A DNA stretch of 64,000 nucleotides from contig NW_026262581.1 in assembly GCF_021869535.1 (NCBI RefSeq), positions 132,432,001-132,496,000 of the forward strand, in the 5' to 3' direction. Position numbers and translations under genes: made by a program. The first letter of the stretch is position 1; each line of letters opens with the position of its first letter. Of this stretch, positions 51,661 through 64,000 are shown in pieces. Source of the stretch: Mytilus californianus (taxonomy: Eukaryota). Under the pieces are notes generated by a model. That model worked only from the letters and a program-made list of their open reading frames with translations. It was not told the DNA's origin and did no database searches.

Positions 51661-52419
51661 ACTTACTAGAATATTCCAGTTACATATGACACCTTTCATT
51701 TCATTTTTGTTGTTCCAGAGTTATCCACCTTAATATCTCATAACTGAAGTCAAAGAGGTTAAAAATACCAATCCCATGGAAAAATTTGATACTGTAAAAA
51801 AATGATAGGATCAACTTAATTCAGGATGAGTTTGAATTTGATACATACATGTGCATTGTTTCACAATAGTATATCTAGAGTTAATGCGGAAAAAAGTGTT
51901 TCTTTTGAATACTTTGAGAATAGTTCAACAAAATCACTGCTACATTTCAAAACAATTCCAGGATCCACAAAACACAGGTTAAGTTCAAATTGTAATTAAC
52001 AAGTTATACCCTTACTAAAACAGAATATATGTGGTTTCCACCTAATAACTTGATAACTTGCCTGTGCTTTCAAAAAAAATAATTTACAATTTTACCACAA
52101 TATCTAAGAAACCACTAGAGACATGATGAGCTGCAATTTGAAACATTTAACAAATGTTCTCCAATACCAGACACACTATCTTCATGATCTTCACCATATT
52201 CAATATATTTACTCTGTACAACACCTACAAATGACCTATACCTTTTTACTTATATCTACTACATGCACATGTATTAAGTATCCTTGTGTCTTGTGTCAAT
52301 ATGAGGCAAAGGAACATAGACAATACTGGTTGAACACAGAAATACTGTAAACAACAACAAAGTCAATCATGGAATGTTCATTGTTTACTCTTTTTCCTTT
52401 TAGGATGTTAAATTATTTT

Positions 52420-53450
52420 TAGCTCACTTGGCCCAAAGGGCCAAGTGAGCTTTTCTCATCACTTGGCGTCCGTTGTCCCGCGTCCGTCGTCCGTAAACTT
52501 TTACAAAAATCTTCTCCTCTGAAATTACTGGGCCAAATTTAACCAAACTTAGGCACAATCATCATTAGGGTATCTAGTTTAAAAAATGTGTCCGGTGACC
52601 TGGCCAACCAACCAAGATGGCCGCCATGGCTAAAAATAGAACATAGGGGTAAAATGTAGATTTTGGCTTATATCTCTGAAACCAAAGCATTGAGAGCAAA
52701 TCTGACATGGGGTAAAAATGTTTATCAGGTCAAGACCTATCTGCCCTGAAATTTTCAGATGAATCGGACAACCCTTTGTTAGGTTGATGCCCCTGAATTA
52801 GTAATTTTAAGGAAATTTTGCAGTTTTTGGTTATTATCTTGAATATTATTATAGATAGAGATAAACTGTAAACAGCAATAATGTTCAGCAAAGTAAGATC
52901 TACAAATAGGTCAACATTACCAAAATTGTTAATTGACTCCTTAAGAAGTTATTGTCCTTTTAAGTCAATTTTTAACAATTTTTCGTAAATTTTTGCAATC
53001 TTTTACAAAAATCTTCTCCTCTGAAACTACTTACACAAATTTAACCATACTTGGCCACAATCATTATTGGGGTATCTAGTTTTAAAAATGTGTCCTACGA
53101 CCCCGCCAGCCAACCACCATGGCCGTCATGGCTAAAAATAGAACATAGAGGTAAAATGCATTTTTTTGCTTATATCTCTGAAACTAAAGCATTTAGAGCA
53201 AATCAGACGTGGGTAAAAATGTTCATCAGGTTGAGATCTATCTGCCTTGAAATTTTCAGACAAATCAGACAACCCATTGTTGGGTTGTTGCCCCTGAATT
53301 GGTAATTTTAAGGAATTTTGCAGTTTTTGGTTATTATCTTGAATATTATTATAGATAGAGATAAACTGTAAACAGCAATAATGTTCAGCAAAATAAGATC
53401 TACAAATAAGGACAAAAATTGTCAATTGACCCCTTAAGGAGATCTGTGTT
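52420..53450 (-). mobile_element. HINE family D, inverted, with internal ~500-bp duplication
   Basis: Terminal hairpin TTTTAGCTCACTTGGCCC-AAA-GGGCCAAGTGAGCT, (GTCC)n microsatellite, and a duplicated block beginning CTTTTACAAAAATCTTCTCCTCTGAAA at ~52498 and ~52999. Confidence 0.7.
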
Positions 53451-53540
53451 TAATAATTAACCACATGATTTCAAAATTTGAAATTATTTTGATTAAGCGA
53501 ACTTCAATTATAAAATGGAAACAATTTTATAAGATATATA

Positions 53541-53733
53541 TAGTGGGTCTAAGCGTGATGCCGGATTGGCTGATTTTTTGTAAGCGTGACACGTGAAAGT
53601 CAAATTATTGTGCTTGAAAATGGGAAAAAAAGTTGGGCGGGACATGTGAAATTACAAGCGTTATTATTACAATGGTAAGCGGGATATGGGAATCTGACAA
53701 AACAATAAGCAGGATCCGGGATCAGACCCCCTA
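53541..53733. mobile_element. Academ-like MITE (193 bp)
   Basis: Termini TAGTGGGTCT / AGACCCCCTA with TATA flanking both sides. Confidence 0.6.
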
Positions 53734-53989
53734 TATACATGTAGATGTTTGGACAGACAAAGGTAAAACTTGAGAAAAGAAAATGTGTATAGTATTGTAT
53801 ATCCACCTAGTAAGTCTTTTATCATATTTAACCATTTGCATTTTTTGAGAATTGCTTCAGGGATAGAAATGAAAATAAGATTTTGCTCAGGACGTTTTTT
53901 TTTGTTTTATGATTTAAAAGTAGAACACATTGAATTTTGTTGCCTTACAGTTTGTTATAATGTGACAAAAAAGTTCCGCTTTACTTTAG

Positions 53990-54120
53990 ATGGAACGACA
54001 AATACACATGCAGAACCAGATGAGAGAAAGAATGATGGCCATGCAGATAGCTGGAGCAAGGGACATGTTTTTGTGGTTTGCTTCTTTCTATGCAATAGCA
54101 ACACCTGCAATGATTGTTGG
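53990..54120 (+). CDS. PLGRKT: PLGRKT coding exon 2
   Basis: CTTTAG acceptor, GTAAGT donor. Reads MERQIHMQNQMRERMMAMQIAGARDMFLWFASFYAIATPAMIV(G). Confidence 0.95.
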
Positions 54121-54539
54121 GTAAGTAACTAATACATTTACAAAATGTACTTACTATGGAAACAATGATTGTTGAGTTAAGTAACTAATACTTATTATGT
54201 AAATTGTATTGGTGACCATTTACACAGCTTGAGTCGGTAGTACTATTCTGGGGTTCTACTGCTATGATTTTTAGAAAGATAAATGTTAAGAATACAGTGA
54301 CATATAGGGTACTGGAGCAGGATATGTTGTATTGCTGCTGATTTTGTACAACTCTTGGTTAGGTACTATTGTAACAGAATTGTGGTCATTTAGATAGGTA
54401 GAGTTTGGATTACCTGTTTCTATCACTTTACAACACCTGCCATGATAGTTATGTAAAAAACCATAGCAACACTTTCGGGGCCATGCAGATATAGCAACTA
54501 CTTTCATTGACTTCTAAAATTTGATTTGGTGTAATTTTA

Positions 54540-54712
54540 TGGCACTGGTCAGTGAAGCCTACAGTCTTAGGTTGGTACTGGTCAGTGAAGCCTACAGTCT
54601 TAGGTTGGCACTGGTCAGTGAAGCCTACAATCTTAGGTTGGCACTGGTCAGTGAAGCCTACAATCTTAGGTTGGCATTGGCCAGTGAAGCCTACAGTCTT
54701 AGGTTGGCACTG
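54540..54712. repeat. Minisatellite, 33-bp unit, ~5 copies
   Basis: Unit GGCACTGGTCAGTGAAGCCTACAGTCTTAGGTT. Confidence 0.95.
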
Positions 54713-54814
54713 GGGTAAACATAGAAGTTGTTAAAACAATGAAAATAAGTTGAATTTTAGATTCAAAGATATCCTATGTGTCATTACCCATCATGTTTAT
54801 ATTCAATTTTTGTA

Positions 54815-55865
54815 TAAAAGTCACACAGGTTTAATATTGATATCTTGGTATAGGACACACACAGGTTTAACATTGATATCTTGGTATAGGACACACACAG
54901 GTTTAACATTGATATCTTGGTATAGGACACACACAGGTTTAATATTGATATCTTGGTATAGGACACACACAGGTTTAATATTGATATCTTGGTATAGGAC
55001 ACACACAGGTTAAGATATCTTGGTATAGGACATATACAGGTTAAGCTATCTTAGTATAGGGCACCCAGGTTGAGATATCTTGATAAACGACACACACAAG
55101 TTAAGATATCTTGGTATAGGGCACACACAGGTTAAGATATCTTGGTATAGGACACACACAGGTTAAGATATCTTGGTATAGGACACACACAGGTTAAGAT
55201 ATCTTGGTATAGGACACACACAGGTTAAGATATCTTGGTATAGGACACACACATGTTAAGATATCTTGGTATAGGACACATACAGGTTAATATATCTTGG
55301 TATATGATACACACAGGTTAAGATATCTTGGTATAGGGCACACACAGGTTAAGATATCTTGGTATAGGACACACAGAGGTTAAGATATCTTGGTATAGGA
55401 CACACACAGGTTAAGATATCTTGGTATAGGACACACACAGGTTAAGATATCTTGGTATAGGACACACACAGGTTAAGATATCTTGGTATAGGACACACAC
55501 AGGTTAAGATATCTTGGTATAGGACACATACAGGTTAAGATATCTTGGTATAGGATACACACAGGTTAAGATATCTTGGTATAGGACACACACAGGTTAA
55601 GATATCTTGGTATACGACACACACAAGTTAAGATATCTTGATATAGGTCACACACAGGTTAAGATATCTTGGTATAGGACCCACAGAAGTTAAGATATCT
55701 TGGTATAGGACACACACAGGTTAAGATATCTTGGTATAGGACACACAGAGGTTAAGATTTCTTTGTATAGGACACACACAGGTTAAGGTATCTTGGTATA
55801 GGACACACACAGGTTAAGATATCTTGGTATAGGACACACACAGGTTAAGGTATCTTGGTATAGGA
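54815..55865. repeat. Compound minisatellite: 36-bp unit x~5, then 31-bp unit x~27
   Basis: GACACACACAGGTTTAATATTGATATCTTGGTATAG changes to GACACACACAGGTTAAGATATCTTGGTATAG at ~55005; period 31 (55151 to 55182). Confidence 0.97.
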
Positions 55866-56252
55866 CACATATACATATATATTATATGTATTTATGTACA
55901 TGGTACATTTAAAAGTGTCAATGAATATACTAGTTAAAGAAAGTATATATCCCCACCCCTAAACCATATATATTCTGGTTTGTCATGATAAAGCACATCA
56001 AATATATAACACTCATATATATAGGGGTGTCTATATTAGGTAACACCAAGTTGTTAACTATTTTCTATAACTTTGATTAAGCTAATATATCTCAGTTCAA
56101 CTCTAAGATACTAAATTACTCTGTATCTGAGAACTTAACACTTTTAAAATATGTTAGATGAATTAATTTTGAGAAACCATATAATGCATGACATTTGTAA
56201 TTATTTAAACATTATATGCACCATAATTTTGTCAAATTGCATATTTTTTCAG

Positions 56253-56362
56253 AGCAGCAAAGACACAATCTAAAACACCATTGGCTCCAATATTGCCTTT
56301 GACCTTCATCGTAGCATACCAGTATGATATGGCATATCACTCAAAGATAGAAAGAATAAGAG
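56253..56362 (+). CDS. PLGRKT: PLGRKT coding exon 3
   Basis: TTTTCAG acceptor, GTACGA donor. Reads AAKTQSKTPLAPILPLTFIVAYQYDMAYHSKIERIR; the family motif P.PL.FI..YQYD..Y is present. Confidence 0.95.
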
Positions 56363-56790
56363 GTACGATTACAGATACTAATACAACATCTGACCAGAAC
56401 AAATTGATGGTACTTTTTTCCAAAAATAACCAATATAATTGTAAGAAAATTGAAGGCTTTTCTTTCTAAAGCTATTGCACTGTTATGTAAAATTGAAACC
56501 ATCTAACTATCCCATTCTAGTGATTGAAATAATGTTTCATGAGAAGTTTAGAAAAAACACCTAGTTATTATCTAAATGGTTCTCTTGTATTAAAGTTTCA
56601 CTTAGATGTGAAAATTCTATTTTAATGACAGTTTATAAAAAATAATTGTAGACAACTAATTGGGTAGGCAGAGTATAATAAGAGCTTTTATCATTCACTT
56701 GGAGCAGACATACAGAGAATGAATTATCATTTATTGATAGTCCTTCTCCATTAAAAATATACTGGAAGTTTATGTGATGTATATTTTCAG

Positions 56791-56930
56791 CTGAAGCAGA
56801 CAGAATTATGGACGATGAACAAGGATTACTATGTATTCCACACGGTGTTCCTACAATGCAGTCAATAGAAGCAGCCAGGCTTAAACAGAAAGACAAGGAA
56901 AGATTGTTAGGAAATGATATCTGGATGTAA
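56791..56930 (+). CDS. PLGRKT: PLGRKT last coding exon
   Basis: TTTTCAG acceptor. Reads (A)EADRIMDDEQGLLCIPHGVPTMQSIEAARLKQKDKERLLGNDIWM*. Confidence 0.93.
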
Positions 56931-57095
56931 ATAAGTCATGTGATGTGTCATGTGATCTGAGAGTCTGTTAGTTATTCCATTCTAGATAAGTAATATGTCT
57001 GTCTGGTTGTTGTAACTGGAGCATTCTCTGTGCACTGTTAGATTTTATATGTATATGAACTTTTTATGAATGTTTGAAGTGAATATTTGTAACTT

Positions 57096-57101
57096 AATAA
57101 A
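57096..57101 (+). terminator. Candidate polyadenylation signal of PLGRKT
   Basis: First AATAAA after the stop codon (166 nt downstream), with a GT/T-rich stretch following. Confidence 0.45.
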
Positions 57102-59348
57102 ATGAAGCAGGATTTTATGAAAGTTATATACAAATGTATGTCCTTTCTATAAATTTGTATTGCTATTAAACTGGTGTGGTGAAATAATCAAAATATTTAC
57201 AGTGAAATTTAGTCTCACAAACAAATGATGACCTCTTACCCCTCATATTATTAATGAAAAAATCTGCCAAATGTCTTAAGTGAAATTGTTTTGAGCTGAG
57301 AATGAAGTTGAGGAATATGAGAGTACCTTTTACTTCCAAATCATATGTGTATGAAGGTCTGAATTTGTAGATATAGGCTTCTTTGTTTTGAATGCATATG
57401 TGTCATATTATAAAGATGCATATTATAAGTAGATATGACATCAAATTTAATAATGTCAGGTACGAGAAAAATTTTGAACTTGCATGCTGGTGCAACTTGA
57501 TTAAAGATTTCAAGTTTAAATAACTTTTAAAAAAATTATATTTTGGTTTATACATGTATATCATAGAAATGTGGTGTAATTTAAAAATGACAATTGTATT
57601 GTATAGTAGTGTATTTGTAAATGCCTTTATGATAGAAGGTCATAGTGACCTATATTTTGCACTTTAGTGACTGTTTAATCTCAGAATCCCATGATGATAA
57701 TTTTGTCAACAAATGAAACATTAACTTTTTCAATTTTATACTTTCTTCATGAATAATCTATAGCTTAACTACATAAATTTGCTGTTTGGTTTCTTGCAAC
57801 TTTTGTGATTCTTTTCATTTACAAGTACTATATGTATAAAGTAACAATGTTCTATTTGTGCAAAACATGACTATTTTCCTTGATGATATTACAAGTACAT
57901 TTTATATCAAATTAAACTATGACCTTGACCCCAAATTCAAGGTCATAAAGCAAGGACCTCAATTGAAATGACCCTAGGTATCTACTACATATTGAGATAT
58001 ATCACCATACAACTAATTTCAAATATGAGAAGGGAGACAACTCATTAATAATGTCAACGTACCCTTTCAACCAAAATTTACGTTAGGAAATGTTGCAACT
58101 GACAATAGTAAAAATATTTTGTAGATATTTTATACAATTTCCAAGGAGTTGCCATTATAAGCAAAAGACAAAATTTAGAACATGACCTTGACCTCAATTT
58201 CCTTTTGGTGGACCTCAAATCTTATGGTTTATGAGTAAAATTTATATATCACTAATTACAAATACAGCATGGAAATTACTCTCATATGGAGTTTCTGTAT
58301 CGCTTTGATCAAAACTGAACAGAACAGCACAGGAATATAACGACCAATATGGAAAAATAAACTTTTAAATTTCTTTTACATTTTGGCTCACAAGAAAAAC
58401 AGAGTTTGGGGAGATAACTCTTACAATAAAAAGTGTTCAGTTAAACAGAGAAAGTTTCAAAAGCGCAATAACTGTTCAACAACATTTATCAAATATTTTA
58501 TCAACCTATGTGAAACAAAATTCTACGCATGAAAAAAGGGTGGATGAAAAGAAATTAATTGAAATCAGAACAAAATCAAAAGGAAGGTGGAAAGATCTAA
58601 TAAATAAAAAATAAAATGGCATTAATATTTTTCCTTTAAATAGTGTATTATTATTGTTATTAGTGGATCTTTAATGATGCTACTGTTTACAATTATATCA
58701 TATATTTGTTGTGTTTACAATTAGTTTTTCATATAACTTTTCTATTTGTACATCATCCAATGATATATATGTTATCTAAAAAATGCCTAATAAATCATAT
58801 TTAATAACTTTTGCTTTTTTGATTTTAAAAAACCAACAGACAACAGATGTTCAAAATGTAGGGTACTATTCAGTAAAAGAAGACAATAGTTATGATCAGT
58901 TATGCCTTCCTTTTTTTACCACCCACAAAGTTAAAAGTTTCACTCATCATATTATCATATCCAAACAGGCTTCTATATTAATCAAACTTTGTATGGAGGA
59001 CATAAGTGTTGAGAAATCAGCTATTAATTGTCAACTGACATATTCCTGATTTTCTGTCATCATTAGTTGCATGGATCCAGTTTTTTTTTTAATTATTTAA
59101 TTATCCTGAGTAGCAGTAATTTATTTCAACACTATTAGGTTTGTTGATCAAACAAGTTGCATGTGTTGTTGTGATTAGCATACCCCCACTAGTAATTGGA
59201 AAACAGGAAGAAGATGTCTGACAGATCCAAAAAACACAAACCCATACAACTCCACTGCCAAGCTGCTGACTAAATATGAAGTAATTTTCTGTTTAGTAGT
59301 AATTTAGAAAACTGACAAAAATTTGAAGTTCATTGACAAACTGAAATG

Positions 59349-59698
59349 ACCTCTTCGGTGGTCTCGTGGTAGCGTATTTGCCTCGAGTGTGGGAGGTCGT
59401 GGGTTTTGAACCCGGTTGGGTCAAATCAAAAAGACTTTAAAATTGGAATTTGCTGCTTCTTCTCTAAGCAGTAAGAGCAAAGACTAGTCGGCTCAGAGTC
59501 AGAATAATGTGTCCGTGGAAGGTGACATGTCTTCCTGTGGACTGTTACCTTGTGAACTAGCACGTTAAAAATCTGGCTCAGTGTGTCTGTCTAGTACAAA
59601 GCAGGGTAAATATTTATACTGCATTAACATGTTCTCGTCCTGAATATGCATATTAATTTGCCACTGGACGTTAAGCAGCCATCCATTATCATCATCAT
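59349..59698 (+). mobile_element. tRNA-derived SINE, near full length
   Basis: A-box-like TGGTCTCGTGG, B-box-like GGTTTTGAACC, conserved body and (ATC)n tail; same family as 32998-33457. Confidence 0.85.
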
Positions 59699-61511
59699 AC
59701 TGAAAAATTCATAGTACAATGTATCAGTAAACAGAAAGTAGGTGTCTGACAGATTGGAAAAATACTTGCATGTTACATCTCATCACAGTTCAGCTTCTAA
59801 CCAAATATGCAGTACTTCTGAGAAATGTGTTGGAAATATTTGTTGATAAAAAGATTGGATCGCCCAAATGACAGAATGCAGTAAAGCCCCACTCTTAAAG
59901 TGGGGTTAAACAAAATATAGTTGTAAGAAGTTTTTGTTTGACATAAATCATATAGCCTTGAACTATTTGCAAGCTTCAATGGTCAAGTTAAGTTTCAGGA
60001 ATAGGGTTTAATATTACGTATTTGTATATACTTAATATTTGGTATGTTGTTTCATTGTTACAGGTCAATGTTCATTTGTCTTATGGTTTTTGTCTTTTTT
60101 TCACACACCAGTGATCAGGTTATGTTTTCATTAGTGGTTCCCCTTACAGTGACCTAATCACACACTTTAAAATGCAAAAGTTTCATAGTCAGTGACTTGA
60201 TAGGGGTGTGACTTAATAATCTCCATGGAAAATAGATGTACAAATTCTATAATAAGTGAATTACCAAATATAATTGACTTGCCATTTGTGGTTCCCCTTA
60301 ACATGTGAAAGTCTCTCAGCTACTTCTTCAGAGCAAAAGGGAAAGGATCAGGTCTGCTTCATATCTGTTTATATGAACCAGATGACAGTTGAACCTGAAT
60401 ATACTGGTATAAATGCAAATGGTGTTTGTATATTACACTTCATTCATTTCATAAGAGCATTATGTCTATTACAGGGATTTACTTAAAAGTGAAGATTCAG
60501 TATCACATAAACTGCTCATCATAATCAATCTAAACTGATGTCTTCAATGCAAAGAGTTATAGTAACAGCTTCATAAGTGATCCTGTAACTGGGTTTGCAA
60601 ACCTAATTGTAGTCTGTTTCAGCATTACACAAGCAGGTCACTCAATGAATTTTGGAAAATATGACTGTTATAGAAGCCATGCCATGGGCCTTATGGCTGG
60701 TGTTACATGCAATGCAGAATGGTACCTTTCCAGAGTACCAAATAATATTCCAGTTTGTGTTAGAAATTTATTTTGCCAAAGCTTAGGTGTTCTCTGTTAT
60801 GAACATCCTTCCATATTTGTATATACACCTATCTAGTTAATATTAATCTGCCTTGTTCATGCATGCCCTAAATTTGTTATCTAAAATATATGTTAAAACC
60901 ATAACACAAATTGTATAAATTTAAATTTATTGAAACCTAACAATTTCAAAACATTTGGCACAATGGAGATAAAACTAACTGAAAAGAATAGCTGTATGCT
61001 TTGCTCTGCTTAAAAATTAATATGAGGACACTAAGATAAATAATTACATAGCTGTTCAAAAATATCATATAACAATAAGTATCTTCTTCTTGTCTTCAGA
61101 AATATTTTTTTTACCAAGGGGACAAATGAATTCCTACAAATTATAAGAACCTACCCCAAATAAGTAAACGATAAAATCTGATAATGTGTACTGTATCTAT
61201 AATAGTAGGGACACCATAATTTATCTACAGTCATACCTGTATGTGTTACGACACCCTTAAGTATCCGAGTTCATCCTGAAGCATTAATGGTTACCGGACT
61301 GACTAAAAATTCTTTTGAACAGAATATCATAAAACTTTTATCTTCCTACCTCATACAAGTATTGTTGTACCCTTAGCTTTTTCCAAAACTTCATTTATCT
61401 AGCTATTACTTCCCACTTTAACTATAGTTTCCCCAACATCCCCTGACCCTCCTCCCTAAGAAAGGAATGATTACACTAAACAAAATGCTAAACAAATATT
61501 CAGTCAATGCA

Positions 61512-61712
61512 TCAAATCTTTTCAAGAAACGCTTTAACATTATCCATAATATCAGGATGGGTAACACTTTCAGATTTTTCCATTAGTTCATTTAAAATAT
61601 CCTTATACTGTCTCTTTTTATATATTGTCCACTTCATGTAATCAATGAAAAGTTGATCATGTGATTCTACCAAACATGTCAGGTGATCATTTACACTGTC
61701 ACTACATGTTAT
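61512..61712 (-). CDS. Possible orphan terminal exon (66 aa), product unknown
   Basis: Strong acceptor TTTCATTTTTCAG followed in phase 0 by ITCSDSVNDHLTCLVESHDQLFIDYMKWTIYKKRQYKDILNELMEKSESVTHPDIMDNVKAFLEKI*. No intact upstream exon was found. Confidence 0.3.
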   Translation of the reverse strand: MTCSDSVNDHLTCLVESHDQLFIDYMKWTIYKKRQYKDILNELMEKSESVTHPDIMDNVKAFLEKI

Positions 61713-63209
61713 CTGAAAAATGAAATAATTCTGTATAGTAATTCATAAATAAGGTGTGTGGTGCTGTTTGGTTATTGACAAATTAATTATGATTAAGAAA
61801 ATATACAGTACTTCAATGTGCATAAAACAAGTTATCCTGTACTCTCTTCTCTGTTTTTATACTACATTTCTAATATGTATGGGTTGCAATTCACACTTTA
61901 TATAAGAAAGTTTGGATATGTGGGTATTGTGTGTAGGTCTTCAGACCAATCATAGCTTTAAAAGTTTCTTCCTCACCATCTGTTGATGTAGTTTAAGTCT
62001 GTTAAGACATATTTAGCATACAGCATTGTGATATATACAATCCTCTTCGACTTTAGTTTTGCTTCTTTTTATATAATCATCTATTGATGTTCAATTAGGT
62101 TGTACATAATTTAGTGGAAAAGAAAGGATATGATGTATTCAAAATGAACATCTTTTATTGCTGTTCTTCATCTTAAAGTCACAAGGAAACCTCTAACAGA
62201 GATCATAGTCTAACACCTAACTGAGACATCTTGACATCTCTAGGACTGGTTTTGGAAATTTTTTCGTACATGTTGATCATGCATCTGTTAACTGACCAAC
62301 ACATATTTGGGTAATATCAAAAGCAAAAAAGTAAAAATATGAACCTGAAAAATATTTATATTTATTAAATGATATGAGCAAATCAGTCCTAATACGGATA
62401 AATCAGCATATGTAATACTGTTGACGTTGCCCTGTTGACATAAATCATGAGTAAATATTGCTTTTCGGCCCAGTCTGAGACAGGAAAAAGGCTGAAAAGC
62501 AATACAGGATTTTCACTTCCGGTGGCAAATTTTCGCTTCCAAATTTAATTATGATCCATTTTTGTTACGATTTGCGGAAACATTCCACAAAATTTCCGAG
62601 AAGAATTTTCAATTAATTTTCATTCCGTCGACAAAAAAACATAATGTCTGAATATTCTTCCCAAAGTACTTTGTTTGCTAGATAAATAGAATTGCATTAG
62701 CATAGACAAGTACCTGGACTGGAAATCAGAAATCTCAACAATATATAATTGACAAAACAATTCGTCGTGACTGGGAAGGGGAAAATTCAAATGACTGATG
62801 TACCTACAATGTATTTAACAGTAAGCATGTGTATCGTATAATTAAAGTCTTATGAACTGGCTGTTTCTGTATCAGCCCATTTAAAGATTCATGATCACAT
62901 GTATTGGACCTCAATCCTTCGAGTCCCAGGGCCAATAAGCTAATAAAAGTATATAACCTTAAATTCATAACAGGGTCAATACAGAAACAGACAGTATTAA
63001 AGTATTGAGAAATTTGTAGATAGCCCGGAGTGGTGTTGAAATATTCATGGCTTTTGGAAGGGGTCTTGAATTTATTTTCCTTAAGGTGGGACTTGAAAAA
63101 TTCAAATTTTTCCTTCCAGGTCCCCCCAACGAAATAAAATGATCGATCTCTTAGATCATAAGTTTATGAATCAATATTCATTAAACCTTGATCTTTTTGT
63201 CTCACATGT

Positions 63210-63368
63210 CAGCAGTCTTCACGCTGAACCACAGGCCCACCAGCCCAGGCTTGTAAAACTTCTGTCTGGCCTGTAAAAATCATCTCCACAGGCCAATATA
63301 ATCTAACTAAAATTTTCTCAAAATTCAGTTTCGGGCCTTTAGATTCAAGTCTATTGTGAAGACTGCCG
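63210..63368. mobile_element. Small MITE-like element
   Basis: TIR CAGCAGTCTTCAC / GTGAAGACTGCCG (12/13 match); no TSD seen. Confidence 0.4.
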
Positions 63369-63569
63369 AACTTCGCAGAATGCAATAACATAGGGAATGC
63401 AAACCAGCGTCAGTGACAACATAAACTATTTGTTTATAAAGCTTTATATTTCAGAAGGTACATGTAGTAGACCTGGATGCGTCATACCTTGTATGCAAAT
63501 GCCTTATATTCTTATATTACGAAGTTTCAATCTATTGCCATTTTCATGGTTAAGCAACTGCTTGAATAT

Positions 63570-64000
63570 TTTTAGTCCCCTATCGACAAAGTTTAGGTTT
63601 GCACTTCATCCTTCTGTCTGTCCATCCTTCAGTCCGGCAAATCAGTTTAAATTTGTTTTAGTTGTTTTGTCATGAAATACTTCCTTATCATGAGTTATAG
63701 GGTAACTATATTTGGTATATTGGATGCTTGCAAGGTCTACATATATCCTTCAGACATGGTTCACCCGACCTCAACCTCATTTCGATCAGTGATCAATGTT
63801 AAGTTTTCGTGGTCAAGTCTGTATCTCAGATACTGTAAGCAATAGGTCAACTATATTTGGTGTGTGGAATGACTGAAAGGTGTACATTGTACATGTTTGA
63901 CTGGCAGATTTCATCTGAACTTGACCTCATTTTCATGATTCATTTGTCAATTCTCAGATACTATAAGCAAAAGAGAAGCTGTATTTGGTGTATGGAATGA
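63570..64000 (-). mobile_element. Diverged HINE family A-like element, inverted, truncated by window end
   Basis: Reverse-complement array units (TTGACCTCATTTTCATG, CAATAGGTCAACTATATTTGGTG) and a (GTCC/GTCT) microsatellite. Confidence 0.6.

Noticed and set aside
59349-59430. tRNA gene (also 33380-33457)
   Set aside because: The A/B boxes are followed by a conserved SINE body and an (ATC)n tail, and no intact cloverleaf could be read. These are SINE heads.
62515-62523. ACTTCCGGT as the promoter of a further gene (with an ATG at 62644)
   Set aside because: The ORF is only 13 codons, the donor is weak and the flanks look like a repeat fragment; nothing supports a gene.

Overview
AT-rich eukaryotic genomic DNA with GT-AG introns and no prokaryotic features. 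The repeat families suggest a bivalve mollusc, probably Mytilus-like (inference from recognition, not a search). Three spliced genes were rebuilt by hand with consistent splice phases: TBPL1/TRF2 (minus, 5 coding exons, 272 aa), a single-FN3 type I membrane protein (minus, 4 exons, 201 aa) and PLGRKT (plus, 4 exons, 153 aa), the last two head-to-head. There is also a 372-aa orphan ORF (minus). The rest is mostly mobile or repeated DNA: Helentron-type non-autonomous elements (HINEs) with internal tandem arrays, hAT-, Kolobok-, Mutator- and Academ-like MITEs, tRNA-derived SINEs, a decayed Penelope-like reverse transcriptase and about a dozen minisatellites. I cannot demonstrate a wholly new system. 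The best leads are: two minimal hammerhead-ribozyme relics, one on the same strand upstream of a Penelope RT that has no C-terminal endonuclease; a duplicated splice acceptor that could create a poison isoform of TRF2; the FNDC5/irisin-like architecture with candidate alternative C-termini; a PLGRKT lacking its C-terminal lysine; and an 81-bp hairpin transposon inside a SINE. All coordinates were read by eye; repeat boundaries are approximate.
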